A stretch of DNA of 64,000 nucleotides, taken from the NCBI GenBank assembly GCA_964591955.1, contig CAZQBT010000003.1:28890-92889 (forward strand), given 5' to 3'. This document shows, in pieces, positions 49,633 through 59,512 of this stretch. A program made the position numbers and the translations under genes. Within the stretch, counting starts at the first letter, position 1. Every line of letters begins with the position of its first letter. The DNA is from an uncultured Brevinematales bacterium. GTDB taxonomy: Bacteria; Spirochaetota; Brevinematia; Brevinematales; CAZQBT01. The notes beneath the pieces were generated by a model. That model did no database searches and was not told the origin of the DNA. It saw nothing but the letters and a program-made list of their open reading frames with translations.

Positions 49633-50901
49633 ATGGCTATTACAAAGAAAACGGTAAAGGATATTGATTTAAAGGGAAAAAGGGTGGTAATGAGAGTGGA
49701 TTTTAATGTCCCGATGGATAACGGGGAGGTTCAGGATGATACCCGTATCCGAAAGGCTTTACCCACTATTAAATATATACTCAACGGGGGGGCAAAATAC
49801 ATTATACTGATGTCGCATCTCGGCGACCCCGCTAAGGATATTCCAAAGGCTAAAGAAAAGGCTGAAAAAGCAGGCAAGTCCTTTGATGAAGAAAAATGGG
49901 TTGAGGCAAAACATAAACTTGCTCCCGTTGCTGAGTATTTGTCGAAACTTATCGGTAAGGAAGTAAAGGTTGCGCCCGCTTGTTTCGGTGCTGAAACGGA
50001 TAAATTAGTCGAAAGCCTTAACGACGGCGATATACTTATGCTTGAAAACACCCGTTTTCATAAAGAGGAAAAGGCTAAAGATGAGCAGACCCGTCAGATT
50101 ATGGCAAAGGAAATCGCTAAATACGGCGACGTTTTTGTAAACGATGCATTCGGCTCGGCTCATCGCGCGCACGCTTCCACCGAAACTATCGCTCATTTTC
50201 TTCCCGCAGTGGCGGGCTTTCTTATGGAAAAGGAACTTGAGTTTATAGAAGATAAGGTTGTGCGTTCTCCCGAAAAACCGTTTGTCGCTATAATCGGCGG
50301 GGCAAAGGTATCATCGAAAATCGGCGTTATTGAAAATCTGATGGAGAAAGTCGATAAACTTATTATCGGCGGCGGTATGTCTTATACGTTTTTCAAGTCA
50401 ATGGGATATGAGGTCGGGGATTCTCTTTGCGAGGATGACCAGCTTGATGTTGCAAAGACTATTCTTGAAAAAGCCAAATCCAAGGGCGTTGAGTTTCTTC
50501 TTCCCGTTGATATTAAAATTGCCGATAAATTCGACCCCAACGCCGATACCAAAATAGTAGAATCCGATAAAATACCCGCAGGATGGCAGGGTTTGGATAT
50601 AGGTCCTAAGACTATTGAGCTTTATAATAACGCGCTTAAAGGCGCTAAAACGGTGTTCTGGAATGGTCCTGTCGGCGTGTTTGAATGGGATAAATTTGCC
50701 GAAGGGACTTTGTCTATTGCGAAAACCCTTGCCGAACTTAGCGATGCAACAACCGTAATAGGCGGCGGGGATTCCGTATCTGCGGTTAATAAAGCCGGGC
50801 TTGCCGATAAAATGACCCATATTTCCACCGGCGGCGGCGCATCTATGGAATTGGTAGAGGGCAAAGCTCTTCCCGGTGTTGTTGCTTTGACGGATAAATA
50901 A
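49633..50901 (+). CDS. pgk: Phosphoglycerate kinase
   Basis: ATG 49633 after AGGAGG; [34 protein letters not shown]. Confidence 0.98.
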   Translation: MAITKKTVKDIDLKGKRVVMRVDFNVPMDNGEVQDDTRIRKALPTIKYILNGGAKYIILMSHLGDPAKDIPKAKEKAEKAGKSFDEEKWVEAKHKLAPVAEYLSKLIGKEVKVAPACFGAETDKLVESLNDGDILMLENTRFHKEEKAKDEQTRQIMAKEIAKYGDVFVNDAFGSAHRAHASTETIAHFLPAVAGFLMEKELEFIEDKVVRSPEKPFVAIIGGAKVSSKIGVIENLMEKVDKLIIGGGMSYTFFKSMGYEVGDSLCEDDQLDVAKTILEKAKSKGVEFLLPVDIKIADKFDPNADTKIVESDKIPAGWQGLDIGPKTIELYNNALKGAKTVFWNGPVGVFEWDKFAEGTLSIAKTLAELSDATTVIGGGDSVSAVNKAGLADKMTHISTGGGASMELVEGKALPGVVALTDK

Positions 50902-50952
50902 GCCGGTAATTACAGGATACCGTTAATTAAAGTCTTGTAATCGGAGGCTGTT

Positions 50953-51249
50953 ATGGTTAGGCATATCGTTATGTGGAAACTGAAAGACGGTGAGGATAAG
51001 GAGGAAAACCTCCAAAAAATGAAGCATCTTTTGTTGGGTATGCGCGAAAGATTTGACTACGTGCGGGGGTGGGAAGTCGGTATAAATTTCAGCAAAGCCC
51101 CTACCGCTTACGATATTGTGCTTTTTCAAAGTTTTGAAACTCGCGATGACCTTGATAGATATAAAAGGCAGGCGGAAGGTTTTACCGAAGTCTTTGATTT
51201 TATCAGGATTGTAAGAAAATCAAGAATCGTCGTGGATTACGAAACATAG
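50953..51249 (+). CDS. Dabb family (stress-responsive A/B barrel) protein
   Basis: MVRHIVMWKLK...WEVGIN..AYDIVL...VVDY. Confidence 0.85.
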   Translation: MVRHIVMWKLKDGEDKEENLQKMKHLLLGMRERFDYVRGWEVGINFSKAPTAYDIVLFQSFETRDDLDRYKRQAEGFTEVFDFIRIVRKSRIVVDYET

Positions 51250-51259
51250 GGGGCGGATT

Positions 51260-51550
51260 ATGTTTAAACATATTGTTATGTGGACTTTTAAGGAAGAAAA
51301 TAAGCAGGATAATCTGCGGAAAGCCCGTGAGGTTTTTCTCGATATGAAAAATAAAATCGACGTTATTCGCGGGGTTGAAGTGGGGATTGATACTATCCGC
51401 GGTGAAGCATCTTACGATATAGTTCTGACCGTTACGTTGGATAGTGCAAATGATTTGCCTGTTTATATAAACCATCCCGAACACAAAAAGGTTGCGGATT
51501 TTATAGGCAAGGTTCGCGATAAACGCGTCAATGTGGATTACGAAATTTAA
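51260..51550 (+). CDS. Dabb family protein (tandem paralog)
   Basis: MFKHIVMWTFK...EVGID..SYDIVL...YINHPEH..VDY. Confidence 0.88.
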   Translation: MFKHIVMWTFKEENKQDNLRKAREVFLDMKNKIDVIRGVEVGIDTIRGEASYDIVLTVTLDSANDLPVYINHPEHKKVADFIGKVRDKRVNVDYEI

Positions 51551-51562
51551 GCGGAACGGTTG

Positions 51563-51664
51563 TCTTGATACTCCAACCCATTGCTTCGCAAGAGGCTGGG
51601 AACTTGATGACCGGATAATTTGAAGGAAGCCTATTAAAAAGTCATTGAGCAAAGCTGAAATGAC
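51563..51664 (+). repeat. Degenerate family B element plus short GTCATT/AATGAC hairpin
   Basis: TCTTGATACTCCAACCC...GGGAACTTGATGACCGG matches the 45693-45743 pattern; GTCATTGAGCAAAGCTGAAATGAC at 51641-51664. Confidence 0.6.
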
Positions 51665-51727
51665 TGCCGCAGGGTTATATCCCGTGTGTTTATATTACCG
51701 TGTAGATTACAAATTTAGGAGGAATAG

Positions 51728-52480
51728 ATGAGAAAACCGTTGATGGCGGGAAACTGGAAAATGTATAAGACCATTTCCGAGGGTGTCGATGTTATTAAGG
51801 CATTGAAGGGTAATGTAAAAGACGTTACGGACAGAGACGTTTTGCTGTTTGTGCCTTTTACTATGCTTAAAGCGCTTGCCGATGAGGTGAAAAACTCAAA
51901 TATATGGATAGGCGCGCAAAATATGTATTTTGAGAAAGAGGGAGCTTTTACGGGGGAAATATCCCCTATAATGATAAAAGACGCCGGCGCAGGCTCGGTA
52001 TTGCTCGGGCATTCCGAGAGACGCCATGTTTTCGGCGAGTCCGATGAATTAATCAATAAAAAAGTCAAATCCGCATTGGATAACGAACTTTGGCCTGTCC
52101 TTTGTGTTGGGGAATTGCTTGAGGAACGCGAGGCGGGCAAGGTTGAGGATGTTTTGAGGACACAGGTTACCGGCGGGTTTAAAGGGCTTTCACGCGATGA
52201 GGCTTATAAGGTTACAGTCGCTTATGAACCCGTTTGGGCTATCGGGACAGGCAAGACGGCAACTCCCGAAGATGCCGATAATGCTCATTCGATTATCCGC
52301 AAACTTCTTGAAGAGCTTTATGATGCCGAACTTGCCTCGCATTGCAGGATTCTCTACGGGGGGTCGGTGAAGCCGGATAACGTTGACGGGCTTATGGCTA
52401 AACCTAATATTGACGGGACTTTGGTCGGCGGCGCAAGCCTTAAAGCGGATTCGTTTACCCGTATAGTAAAATTTCAGTAA
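51728..52480 (+). CDS. tpiA: Triosephosphate isomerase
   Basis: AGNWKM, GHSERR, AYEPVWAIGTG, YGGSVKP. Confidence 0.98.
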   Translation: MRKPLMAGNWKMYKTISEGVDVIKALKGNVKDVTDRDVLLFVPFTMLKALADEVKNSNIWIGAQNMYFEKEGAFTGEISPIMIKDAGAGSVLLGHSERRHVFGESDELINKKVKSALDNELWPVLCVGELLEEREAGKVEDVLRTQVTGGFKGLSRDEAYKVTVAYEPVWAIGTGKTATPEDADNAHSIIRKLLEELYDAELASHCRILYGGSVKPDNVDGLMAKPNIDGTLVGGASLKADSFTRIVKFQ

Positions 52481-52690
52481 ATAATTTTCACAAAATAGCT
52501 TCTTGGTATTCTCAATAGGGGGCATCTCAAGCAGATATGTTGGCTTATCGGGATCCCGGATGGGTTTTCCTGTTCCGAGATAAGCCGGAAGTTGCTTGTC
52601 CGTAATTGTCAGGCTAAGGTTATTTTTAGGCATATAAAAAAATACTTGACTTTTTACGGATTGCTGTTAAATTATATGGGAGAGAGTATT

Positions 52691-52909
52691 ATGGTGAGAA
52701 GTATAATGTCTGAGAGGCGGTTGATGAAGTGTTTTGACTTGAAGTCGGAACTTGAAGCAGTTGTGCAGGAAATTATGGATTATAAATGGATTGAAAGCGA
52801 AAGAGAGGGTCATGATATTGGCACCCGTCGTGCCGCTTTTGAATGGATTGAAAGGTATTATGACACTTGGTTCGCCCATAATTGCAATAAATTTTTCAGG
52901 GAACAATAG
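52691..52909 (+). CDS. Small DUF4032-like protein
   Basis: EIMDYKWIESEREGHDIG..AAFEWI..Y pattern; start uncertain (ATG 52691 after GGAGAG chosen). Confidence 0.65.
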   Translation: MVRSIMSERRLMKCFDLKSELEAVVQEIMDYKWIESEREGHDIGTRRAAFEWIERYYDTWFAHNCNKFFREQ

Positions 52910-52915
52910 TCTCTT

Positions 52916-54961
52916 ATGAAGGAAAGTCAAGCCGACGACCATCCGAAAAAACACTCAAAACCGCGCAGGTTTCGACGATTTTTAAAAACCTTTTTCTTAA
53001 TCTTTGTCTTTTTACTTGTTGCCGTAACAGGCGGGGTTATTTACCTCTATTATACCACCGACCCCTCTATGCTTGTCGATGTTTTATCCGATGAGATTAA
53101 GGCGCGATACTCCCGTGAACTTCGCGTGGATAAAATCGAGGTTTCGATTCTAAAAGGCGTAAGTTTGCAGGGTATTACCGTTTCAAAGCGGGGCGGGTTT
53201 CGTTACGGCACATCGCTTAATTTCAAGGACGGGAGTCTTATCTATAATCCCGTCGCTTTAATTCAACGCGAGTTTGATATTGTGCGTATATCGGTGGGAG
53301 GGTTTTACTCGACTTACGAAAATCTTGTCGAGGTTATAGAGGATATAACCAAGGATATAAAATCGCAGGACAGCAGCGCGAAAAGTGATTCTCCATTTCT
53401 GAGTTTCAGGATTCGCAGTATTGAGATTAACGATTCCCAGTTCCTTTATAATAACATACCGTTGAATTTCCGCGCCCTGATTTTTCCCGAAGAGGATTTA
53501 AACGACTGGAGATTTGACGTTGCAGTCCGCTCAATGTATGGAAATTTCGGGTTTGACGGCAAACTTTCGCACGGTGATGTTTATATCAGGGAAGCGGATT
53601 TGTCTAAATTCGGCGAAGGTATCCCCGCGCTTAATATTGATACCGTTACCGCGGTATTTCGTCGCGTGGACGATAATACCCTCGCGCTTGACGGTAAAAA
53701 AGTGCGCTTGAAATTCGGCGATTTTGATGTTACCTCTTATACCGAATTTTCAGGAAGTTACGGTATTCGCGGACAGTCTATTTTGATACGCGATTTGGGT
53801 TTAAAGGTCAACAACAGCCGCGCCTTTGTAGAAAGATTTTCTTATCATATTCGCTCAAAGCGTCTTGATGCTAATATTAAGCGGATTGAGGCTAACCTTT
53901 CCGATTTTTATAAAGAGGGTTCGGGCAATATCACGGGGAACTTGGATATTATCCTTACCGAAAGGATGCTGTTGTCGGGGCAGCTTGAGGTTTCCAATTT
54001 GAATTATGCGTTTATAGAAAAAGCCAACGCTTCTATAAGCGCGGATAGAAACCGTATCAAGGGCGACTTATTTCTAAACACATCCGGCGGCAACCTTGAT
54101 ATTTCGGTTGCATCGGAAAACCTTGTCTCTTCGCCTATACGGGTTAATGTGCGAAGCTCCTCTTTAGATATTCTCCCGTTTTTGGAAGACATAGCAAAGG
54201 ATAGTTCCAAGTCGGAAAAGACCGGTGAAGATAAAGGCGAAAGCCCCAAGTTACCGCAAATTGCGCCGGTTCATATCGACGTTCGCATAGATAAGATGAT
54301 GTATGATAAATTTGAGATGCAAGACGTTACGGCACGCGGGATTTATCGCAATAACGTATTTAATTTGGAAAACTTGCGTCTTGTTCTTTATCGGGGTATA
54401 ATGACCGGAGAAGGGCAGCTTATAAATAATGTTTTCAGCGGAAGCCTGAAATATGAAGACGGCCGGTTGCGTGAGTTTTCTCAAGTGTTTTTTGATGAGC
54501 CTCGTGCTTTATACGGCAATGTCGATATGGATTTGAGGTTCAGGCTTAATCTTGATAATCAGGCGGAGTCTATCGCGCAGCTTAACGTTCGCGCTCATAG
54601 AGGCGAGATTCGTAATTTTATTATCCAGAGGGAGCTAAGCCAAATTTTGCACAATGTTCCGTTGGATAATATATTTTTCGATAACGTAACGCTCAACGCA
54701 TCCCTGCGGGATAATAAACTTAGCGTAATCGGGTTTAATTTTGATAGTCGCGATATAAAAATTAACGCGACCGGAGACGTTATGATGGAAGATTTCGGGA
54801 TGAATTTTAAGGCGTTTTTATCGGTTTCGGATGATTATCTTTTGGGGTTGCCTAATATTGCAAGGTTATATACGATGGGGTTTCGCGAAGGGAACAGGGT
54901 GAATTTTAATTTGAAAATCAGCGGGAAATTCGATAAACCCTCCGTTTCAATTGAAAGATAA
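52916..54961 (+). CDS. AsmA-like family membrane-anchored protein
   Basis: N-terminal TM, long beta-rich body, C-terminal ISGKFDKPSV typical of AsmA-like C-termini. Confidence 0.75.
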   Translation: MKESQADDHPKKHSKPRRFRRFLKTFFLIFVFLLVAVTGGVIYLYYTTDPSMLVDVLSDEIKARYSRELRVDKIEVSILKGVSLQGITVSKRGGFRYGTSLNFKDGSLIYNPVALIQREFDIVRISVGGFYSTYENLVEVIEDITKDIKSQDSSAKSDSPFLSFRIRSIEINDSQFLYNNIPLNFRALIFPEEDLNDWRFDVAVRSMYGNFGFDGKLSHGDVYIREADLSKFGEGIPALNIDTVTAVFRRVDDNTLALDGKKVRLKFGDFDVTSYTEFSGSYGIRGQSILIRDLGLKVNNSRAFVERFSYHIRSKRLDANIKRIEANLSDFYKEGSGNITGNLDIILTERMLLSGQLEVSNLNYAFIEKANASISADRNRIKGDLFLNTSGGNLDISVASENLVSSPIRVNVRSSSLDILPFLEDIAKDSSKSEKTGEDKGESPKLPQIAPVHIDVRIDKMMYDKFEMQDVTARGIYRNNVFNLENLRLVLYRGIMTGEGQLINNVFSGSLKYEDGRLREFSQVFFDEPRALYGNVDMDLRFRLNLDNQAESIAQLNVRAHRGEIRNFIIQRELSQILHNVPLDNIFFDNVTLNASLRDNKLSVIGFNFDSRDIKINATGDVMMEDFGMNFKAFLSVSDDYLLGLPNIARLYTMGFREGNRVNFNLKISGKFDKPSVSIER

Positions 54962-54979
54962 AATTTAAGGATGTGAAAA

Positions 54980-55690
54980 ATGGCAAAGTATCGGGAACGT
55001 GAGAGGACGGGGATTTTAGCGAGGTTGCTTTTTTGGGGAATTTTTGCGGCGGTTTTATTTTTGTGGAGTTATCCGCCGTTGATACCGTTAAGAGCGCTTA
55101 TTGTTTTTATCCACGAGGTGTTTCACGGGTTTGCCGCAATTTTGAGCGGGGGAAGTATGGTCGCAATTGAACTTGGGGATAATTTTACGGGCAGGGCTTT
55201 TACCGAGGGCGGTTCACAGGAGCTTATACTTGTTTCGGGATATATCGGTAATATACTTTTCGGCGCTATTTTGCTGGTTATAGCTTTTCTTACAAGGCTT
55301 GACAGGTTATTGTCTATTGCTTTAGGGGCGGGGATGATTCTTATTTCAGTCTTTTTTATAAGCACGCCCGCGTCAATGATTTTCGGTATTATTATTGGCG
55401 TTGCTTTCGGTTTGGTCGGATTAATTCTTCCCACCGTGGTTAATGAGTTTATGCTGAAAATTATCGGTATGACTTCTATGCTTTACCCTCTGATTGACGT
55501 TAAGGAAGACCTGCTTTTCCGCGCCGTTCCCGGTTCGGATGCATACATTATGGGCGAGACGTTCGGTATAGCGCCGCTGTTCTGGATAATTTTGTGGGTC
55601 GTTATATCGGTAGTTTCGGTTTATTTGATTTTCAGGTTTATCGCCTTTAAAAGAATCCCGAAAGGCAATAATATCAGCATCGAAAATTAA
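54980..55690 (+). CDS. M50B-like intramembrane metallopeptidase
   Basis: HEVFH zinc motif, SGY, SDA motif, multiple TMs. Confidence 0.85.
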   Translation: MAKYRERERTGILARLLFWGIFAAVLFLWSYPPLIPLRALIVFIHEVFHGFAAILSGGSMVAIELGDNFTGRAFTEGGSQELILVSGYIGNILFGAILLVIAFLTRLDRLLSIALGAGMILISVFFISTPASMIFGIIIGVAFGLVGLILPTVVNEFMLKIIGMTSMLYPLIDVKEDLLFRAVPGSDAYIMGETFGIAPLFWIILWVVISVVSVYLIFRFIAFKRIPKGNNISIEN

Positions 55691-55797
55691 GTTTTTGCTT
55701 ATTAACAAATGCCCGCTTTTAATCCTTGATTTTATTTAAAAAGACAGTTATCATAAATGAAGGTTATTCTTTATATGAAATTCGGGAGGTAGCAACG

Positions 55798-56784
55798 ATG
55801 AAAATAATAATGCCTGTTGCAGGAAAGGGAACCCGCCTTCGCCCGCATACCCACGCTATTCCCAAGGCGTTAATCCGTGTAGCGGGAAAACCCATTATTT
55901 CCCATATTATCGAACAACTGCTCGGGCTTAATTACAGCGAATTTATATTTATTATAGGTCATCTCGGCGACCAGATAAGGGATTATCTTGAGTATAAATA
56001 TCCCAATGTTAATATGAAGTTTATCCGTCAAAGAGAATACAAGGGTTTGGGGCATGCGATTTATCAATCGAAGTCCGCTTTTAAAGAGGATGAGCCTATG
56101 CTTGTTGTTCTCGGCGATATAATTTTCAGCGCGGATGTGGTATCCGCCGCGGAGTCCGATTACAATATGGTCGGCGTGATGGAGGTTGAAGATGCTCGTA
56201 AATTCGGTATCGTTATGGTCGATAAAAACGATATGGTTACCAATATGATTGAAAAGCCCGATAATCCACCTACGAATCTTGCTATTACGGGGCTTTATTA
56301 TTTCAAGAGCGCGCATACCCTTTTTACCTCAATTGAATATATTATACAGGAAAAGATTAAAACCCGTAATGAATATCAGCTTACCGATGCTATGAAAAAT
56401 ATGATGTATGGCGGGGAAAAGTTTCGTATTTTCCGAGTTCCCGAGTGGTATGACTGCGGCGCTAAGGATTCCTTGCTTGAAACCAATGAAATTATGCTTG
56501 CCCGCTATGGGACTAATGATTCCGTTTACGGCTCGATAATAGTTCCGCCGGTGTTTATCGGTAATAACGTTATAATCGAAAACTCTATTATAGGTCCTAA
56601 TGTTTCGGTATCGGAGGATTCGGTTATCCGTAATTCGATAGTTAAAAGCTCAATTCTCGGCGTGGGCGCTACGGTTGAAAATACTATTCTTGAACGTTCG
56701 CTTATCGGGGATTATGCTTATCTCCATCAGGCTTCCGTAGAATTTAATATCGGTCCTGATTCCGAAATTATTTACACAAAATAG
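55798..56784 (+). CDS. Sugar-phosphate nucleotidyltransferase with C-terminal LbH domain
   Basis: ATG 55798 after GGGAGG; PVAGKGTRLRPHT..PK, EKP, EYQLTD, hexapeptide repeats. Confidence 0.9.
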   Translation: MKIIMPVAGKGTRLRPHTHAIPKALIRVAGKPIISHIIEQLLGLNYSEFIFIIGHLGDQIRDYLEYKYPNVNMKFIRQREYKGLGHAIYQSKSAFKEDEPMLVVLGDIIFSADVVSAAESDYNMVGVMEVEDARKFGIVMVDKNDMVTNMIEKPDNPPTNLAITGLYYFKSAHTLFTSIEYIIQEKIKTRNEYQLTDAMKNMMYGGEKFRIFRVPEWYDCGAKDSLLETNEIMLARYGTNDSVYGSIIVPPVFIGNNVIIENSIIGPNVSVSEDSVIRNSIVKSSILGVGATVENTILERSLIGDYAYLHQASVEFNIGPDSEIIYTK

Positions 56785-56794
56785 CGGAGAGACA

Positions 56795-57271
56795 ATGGAC
56801 GCTATAAAACTATATTTTTTTATATTCCTGTTGATTTTCGGGATTCGCGCGGGTTTAAAATGGAGAGATACACCGCTTGTTGACTATGAGCCTCAGGATA
56901 TTAGTATTGCTGTCGAAACCGAATCCGATTTTACCCCTCCCCATTTCCTTCGCAAAGAAGCGGAACCTATGAAAGTCAGTGTGGCTTTTTATGTTATTCT
57001 TGTTTTAACGGAGCTTATCGCGCTTTTGGGTATTTTCGGTATGGCGTTTAATAAACAGATTTTTTTCCCGCTTTTTTGGAAAATTTTCCTTGTTCCTTTT
57101 ATCGCAGTCGAGGGATATTTGATTTATACCACGAGTTTTCAGGAAGCGTTTTTAGTTTTTCTTTATTCGCTTGCATTAATTCTTCCTGCCCCTTATACTA
57201 TTTTCCTATATGGTTTTAAATACAAATGGGTTACCAATACAAAAACGGAGGAAACAAATGACGCAGCTTGA
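56795..57271 (+). CDS. Hypothetical membrane protein
   Basis: GGAGA RBS; about four hydrophobic segments; overlaps the thiC start. Confidence 0.65.
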   Translation: MDAIKLYFFIFLLIFGIRAGLKWRDTPLVDYEPQDISIAVETESDFTPPHFLRKEAEPMKVSVAFYVILVLTELIALLGIFGMAFNKQIFFPLFWKIFLVPFIAVEGYLIYTTSFQEAFLVFLYSLALILPAPYTIFLYGFKYKWVTNTKTEETNDAA

Positions 57272-58550
57272 GTATGCAAAAAAAGGTATTTTTACTTCCG
57301 AAATGGAATATATAGCTTCAAAAGAGGGAATTGATAAATCCGGGCTTATTGAAAATATAGCGAACGGTTACACGGTGATTTTAAAAAATAACGCCCACGA
57401 TATTCGTCCGGCAGGTGTAGGTCGCGGGCTTTCCACCAAAGTCAACTCCAATATAGGAACATCACCCGAACGTATGAGTATTCAAGCGGAGATTGATAAA
57501 CTTCGCATATCGGAAAAATACGGGGCGGATACGGTGATGGATTTAAGTCTCGGCGCAATTTTAAATCAGGTGCGTAAAAAAATCCTTGAAATATCAACCG
57601 TGCCTGTCGGGACTGTGCCGATTTATCAGGTCGGGTTTGAGATTTCCCGCGACAAGCGCAATATTGAGGAGATGACTATTGATGATTTCCTTCGCGTGCT
57701 TGAAATGCAGGGCGCCGAGGGGGTGGATTTTGTTACTATCCACTCCGGCGTTACTATGAAATCATGGGAGTATATCAAACACGGCGACCGTATCCTTGAC
57801 GTTGTCAGCCGCGGCGGGTCTATGCTTTGTTTATGGATGGAACACAACAACGAGGAAAACCCTCTTTATACCCATTTCGACAGGATTCTTGATATTTGCT
57901 ATAAATATGATATGACCATAAGTCTTGGGGACGGGATGAGACCTGGGGCTACCGCCGATGCCGGCGACCGCGCGCAGGTTCAGGAACTTATTACCTTAGG
58001 CGAGCTTGCTTCCCGCGCTCAGGAGGCAAACGTGCAGGTTATGATTGAAGGTCCCGGACACGTCCCTTTAGACCAAGTCGAAACACAGATTAAGATGGAA
58101 AAGGATATATGCAAGGGAGCGCCGTTTTATATATTGGGTCCTCTTGTTACCGATATTGCGCCGGGCTATGACCATATAGCCGGTGCGATAGGCGGTGCGC
58201 TTGCCGCATCGGTCGGTGCGGACTTTTTATGCTACCTCACCCCCGCGGAGCATCTTCGCCTGCCGGAAATCGACGACGTTCGCGAGGGCGTTATCGCTTC
58301 ACGGATTGCCGCACACGCCGCCGATATGGTGAAGTATCCCGAAAGGTTCAGGAAATTCGATAACGAAATGTCGCGCGCAAGAAAGCGTCTTGACTGGGAG
58401 ACTATGTATAGCCTTTCTATCGACCCCGAACTTGCGATTAAGAAGCGCAAGGAAAGCGGTATCGCCGATAAGGACTACTGCTCAATGTGCGGGGAGTTCT
58501 GCTCGGTTAAAAACCTCAGCGAGATTAAAAAGCATTTCGTTAAGAAGTAG
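57258..58550 (+). CDS. thiC: Phosphomethylpyrimidine synthase (short ThiC/Bza family radical SAM)
   Basis: TKVNSNIGTS, DTVMDLS, VSRGGS, GDGMRPG, IEGPGH, C-terminal CSMCGEFC cluster motif. Confidence 0.85.
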   Translation: MTQLEYAKKGIFTSEMEYIASKEGIDKSGLIENIANGYTVILKNNAHDIRPAGVGRGLSTKVNSNIGTSPERMSIQAEIDKLRISEKYGADTVMDLSLGAILNQVRKKILEISTVPVGTVPIYQVGFEISRDKRNIEEMTIDDFLRVLEMQGAEGVDFVTIHSGVTMKSWEYIKHGDRILDVVSRGGSMLCLWMEHNNEENPLYTHFDRILDICYKYDMTISLGDGMRPGATADAGDRAQVQELITLGELASRAQEANVQVMIEGPGHVPLDQVETQIKMEKDICKGAPFYILGPLVTDIAPGYDHIAGAIGGALAASVGADFLCYLTPAEHLRLPEIDDVREGVIASRIAAHAADMVKYPERFRKFDNEMSRARKRLDWETMYSLSIDPELAIKKRKESGIADKDYCSMCGEFCSVKNLSEIKKHFVKK

Positions 58551-58573
58551 GGTAAATATCGGAGATTGGGAGT

Positions 58574-58957
58574 ATGAATAATAAATACGAAAAGGTTGTT
58601 TTTTACAGTGAAGAGGATGAGGGCTTTATTGCCGAGGCGGTTGACTTGCCCGGCTGTTCGGCTTTCGGCAAGGATGAAATATCCGCAATTAAAGAGCTTG
58701 AGACTGCAATAAAACTTTGGATTGAAAGCGCACGGAAAAACAATATTCCAATACCGCCGCCCAAAAAGGCTAATTTCAAAAACCGGAAAAACGTTTCCAT
58801 TACCTTGCAAGTGCCTGAAGACGTTAAGGAGAGATATGTCCGTTTTAGAGAACATTACAAAACCACTTACAACGGTCCTTTTATTGATAAATATGTGATT
58901 GAAGAAGGCGAACGGGCTTTTGAAAAAAATATTGCGCGGAATGCTCAAAAATTATAG
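58574..58957 (+). CDS. HicB family antitoxin (no adjacent HicA)
   Basis: YSEEDEGFIAEAVDLPGCSAFG.....AIKLWIE...IPIPPP HicB N-domain. Confidence 0.82.
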   Translation: MNNKYEKVVFYSEEDEGFIAEAVDLPGCSAFGKDEISAIKELETAIKLWIESARKNNIPIPPPKKANFKNRKNVSITLQVPEDVKERYVRFREHYKTTYNGPFIDKYVIEEGERAFEKNIARNAQKL

Positions 58958-58977
58958 GTTTGGGTATCGTAAAACCT

Positions 58978-59496
58978 TTACCCAAGTTCTTTATACAATC
59001 CGCTTACCTGTATCTCAGCGTTGTTCTGGTATTTACCCTCATAGCGCTCAATTTTACCCTTAACCTCGTTATAGTATATCTGGCAAATTTCGGTAAACGG
59101 GTAAATTACAACAGGCTGAACCACCGATATTTCCAAAGTCCAGTATCCGGTGAAACCGAGGTCGCCGAAACCCGCCGTAGCGTGTATAAATATCCCGAGC
59201 CTTCCGATACTTGAACGCCCCTCAAGAAGCGGAACGTGGTTCAGGGTCTTTGTAAACTCCTCAGTCCTTCCAAGATACAATCTTCCCGGCTCCAGCATAT
59301 ATCCGGTTTCGGGGATAAGCACCTCGCGGGTTTTTGTCGCTTCTTTCATATCCAAAACGCCCTCTTCCACAACAAGCATCTTGTTATGAAGCCTGAGGTT
59401 ATATGAATTAGGGTTTAGACGCGATATGTCAAACGGGGAAATTTCTATATTTCCCTTTTTTATTTGCTTAAGAATTTCATCACCGGTTAAAATCAT
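58978..59496 (-). CDS. dcd: dCTP deaminase
   Basis: MILTGDEI, NPNSYNLRL, EGRSSIGRLG, GFTGYWTLEI, GKYQ. Confidence 0.92.
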   Translation of the reverse strand: MILTGDEILKQIKKGNIEISPFDISRLNPNSYNLRLHNKMLVVEEGVLDMKEATKTREVLIPETGYMLEPGRLYLGRTEEFTKTLNHVPLLEGRSSIGRLGIFIHATAGFGDLGFTGYWTLEISVVQPVVIYPFTEICQIYYNEVKGKIERYEGKYQNNAEIQVSGLYKELG

Positions 59497-59512
59497 TATT
59501 TTCCTCTCAGTT

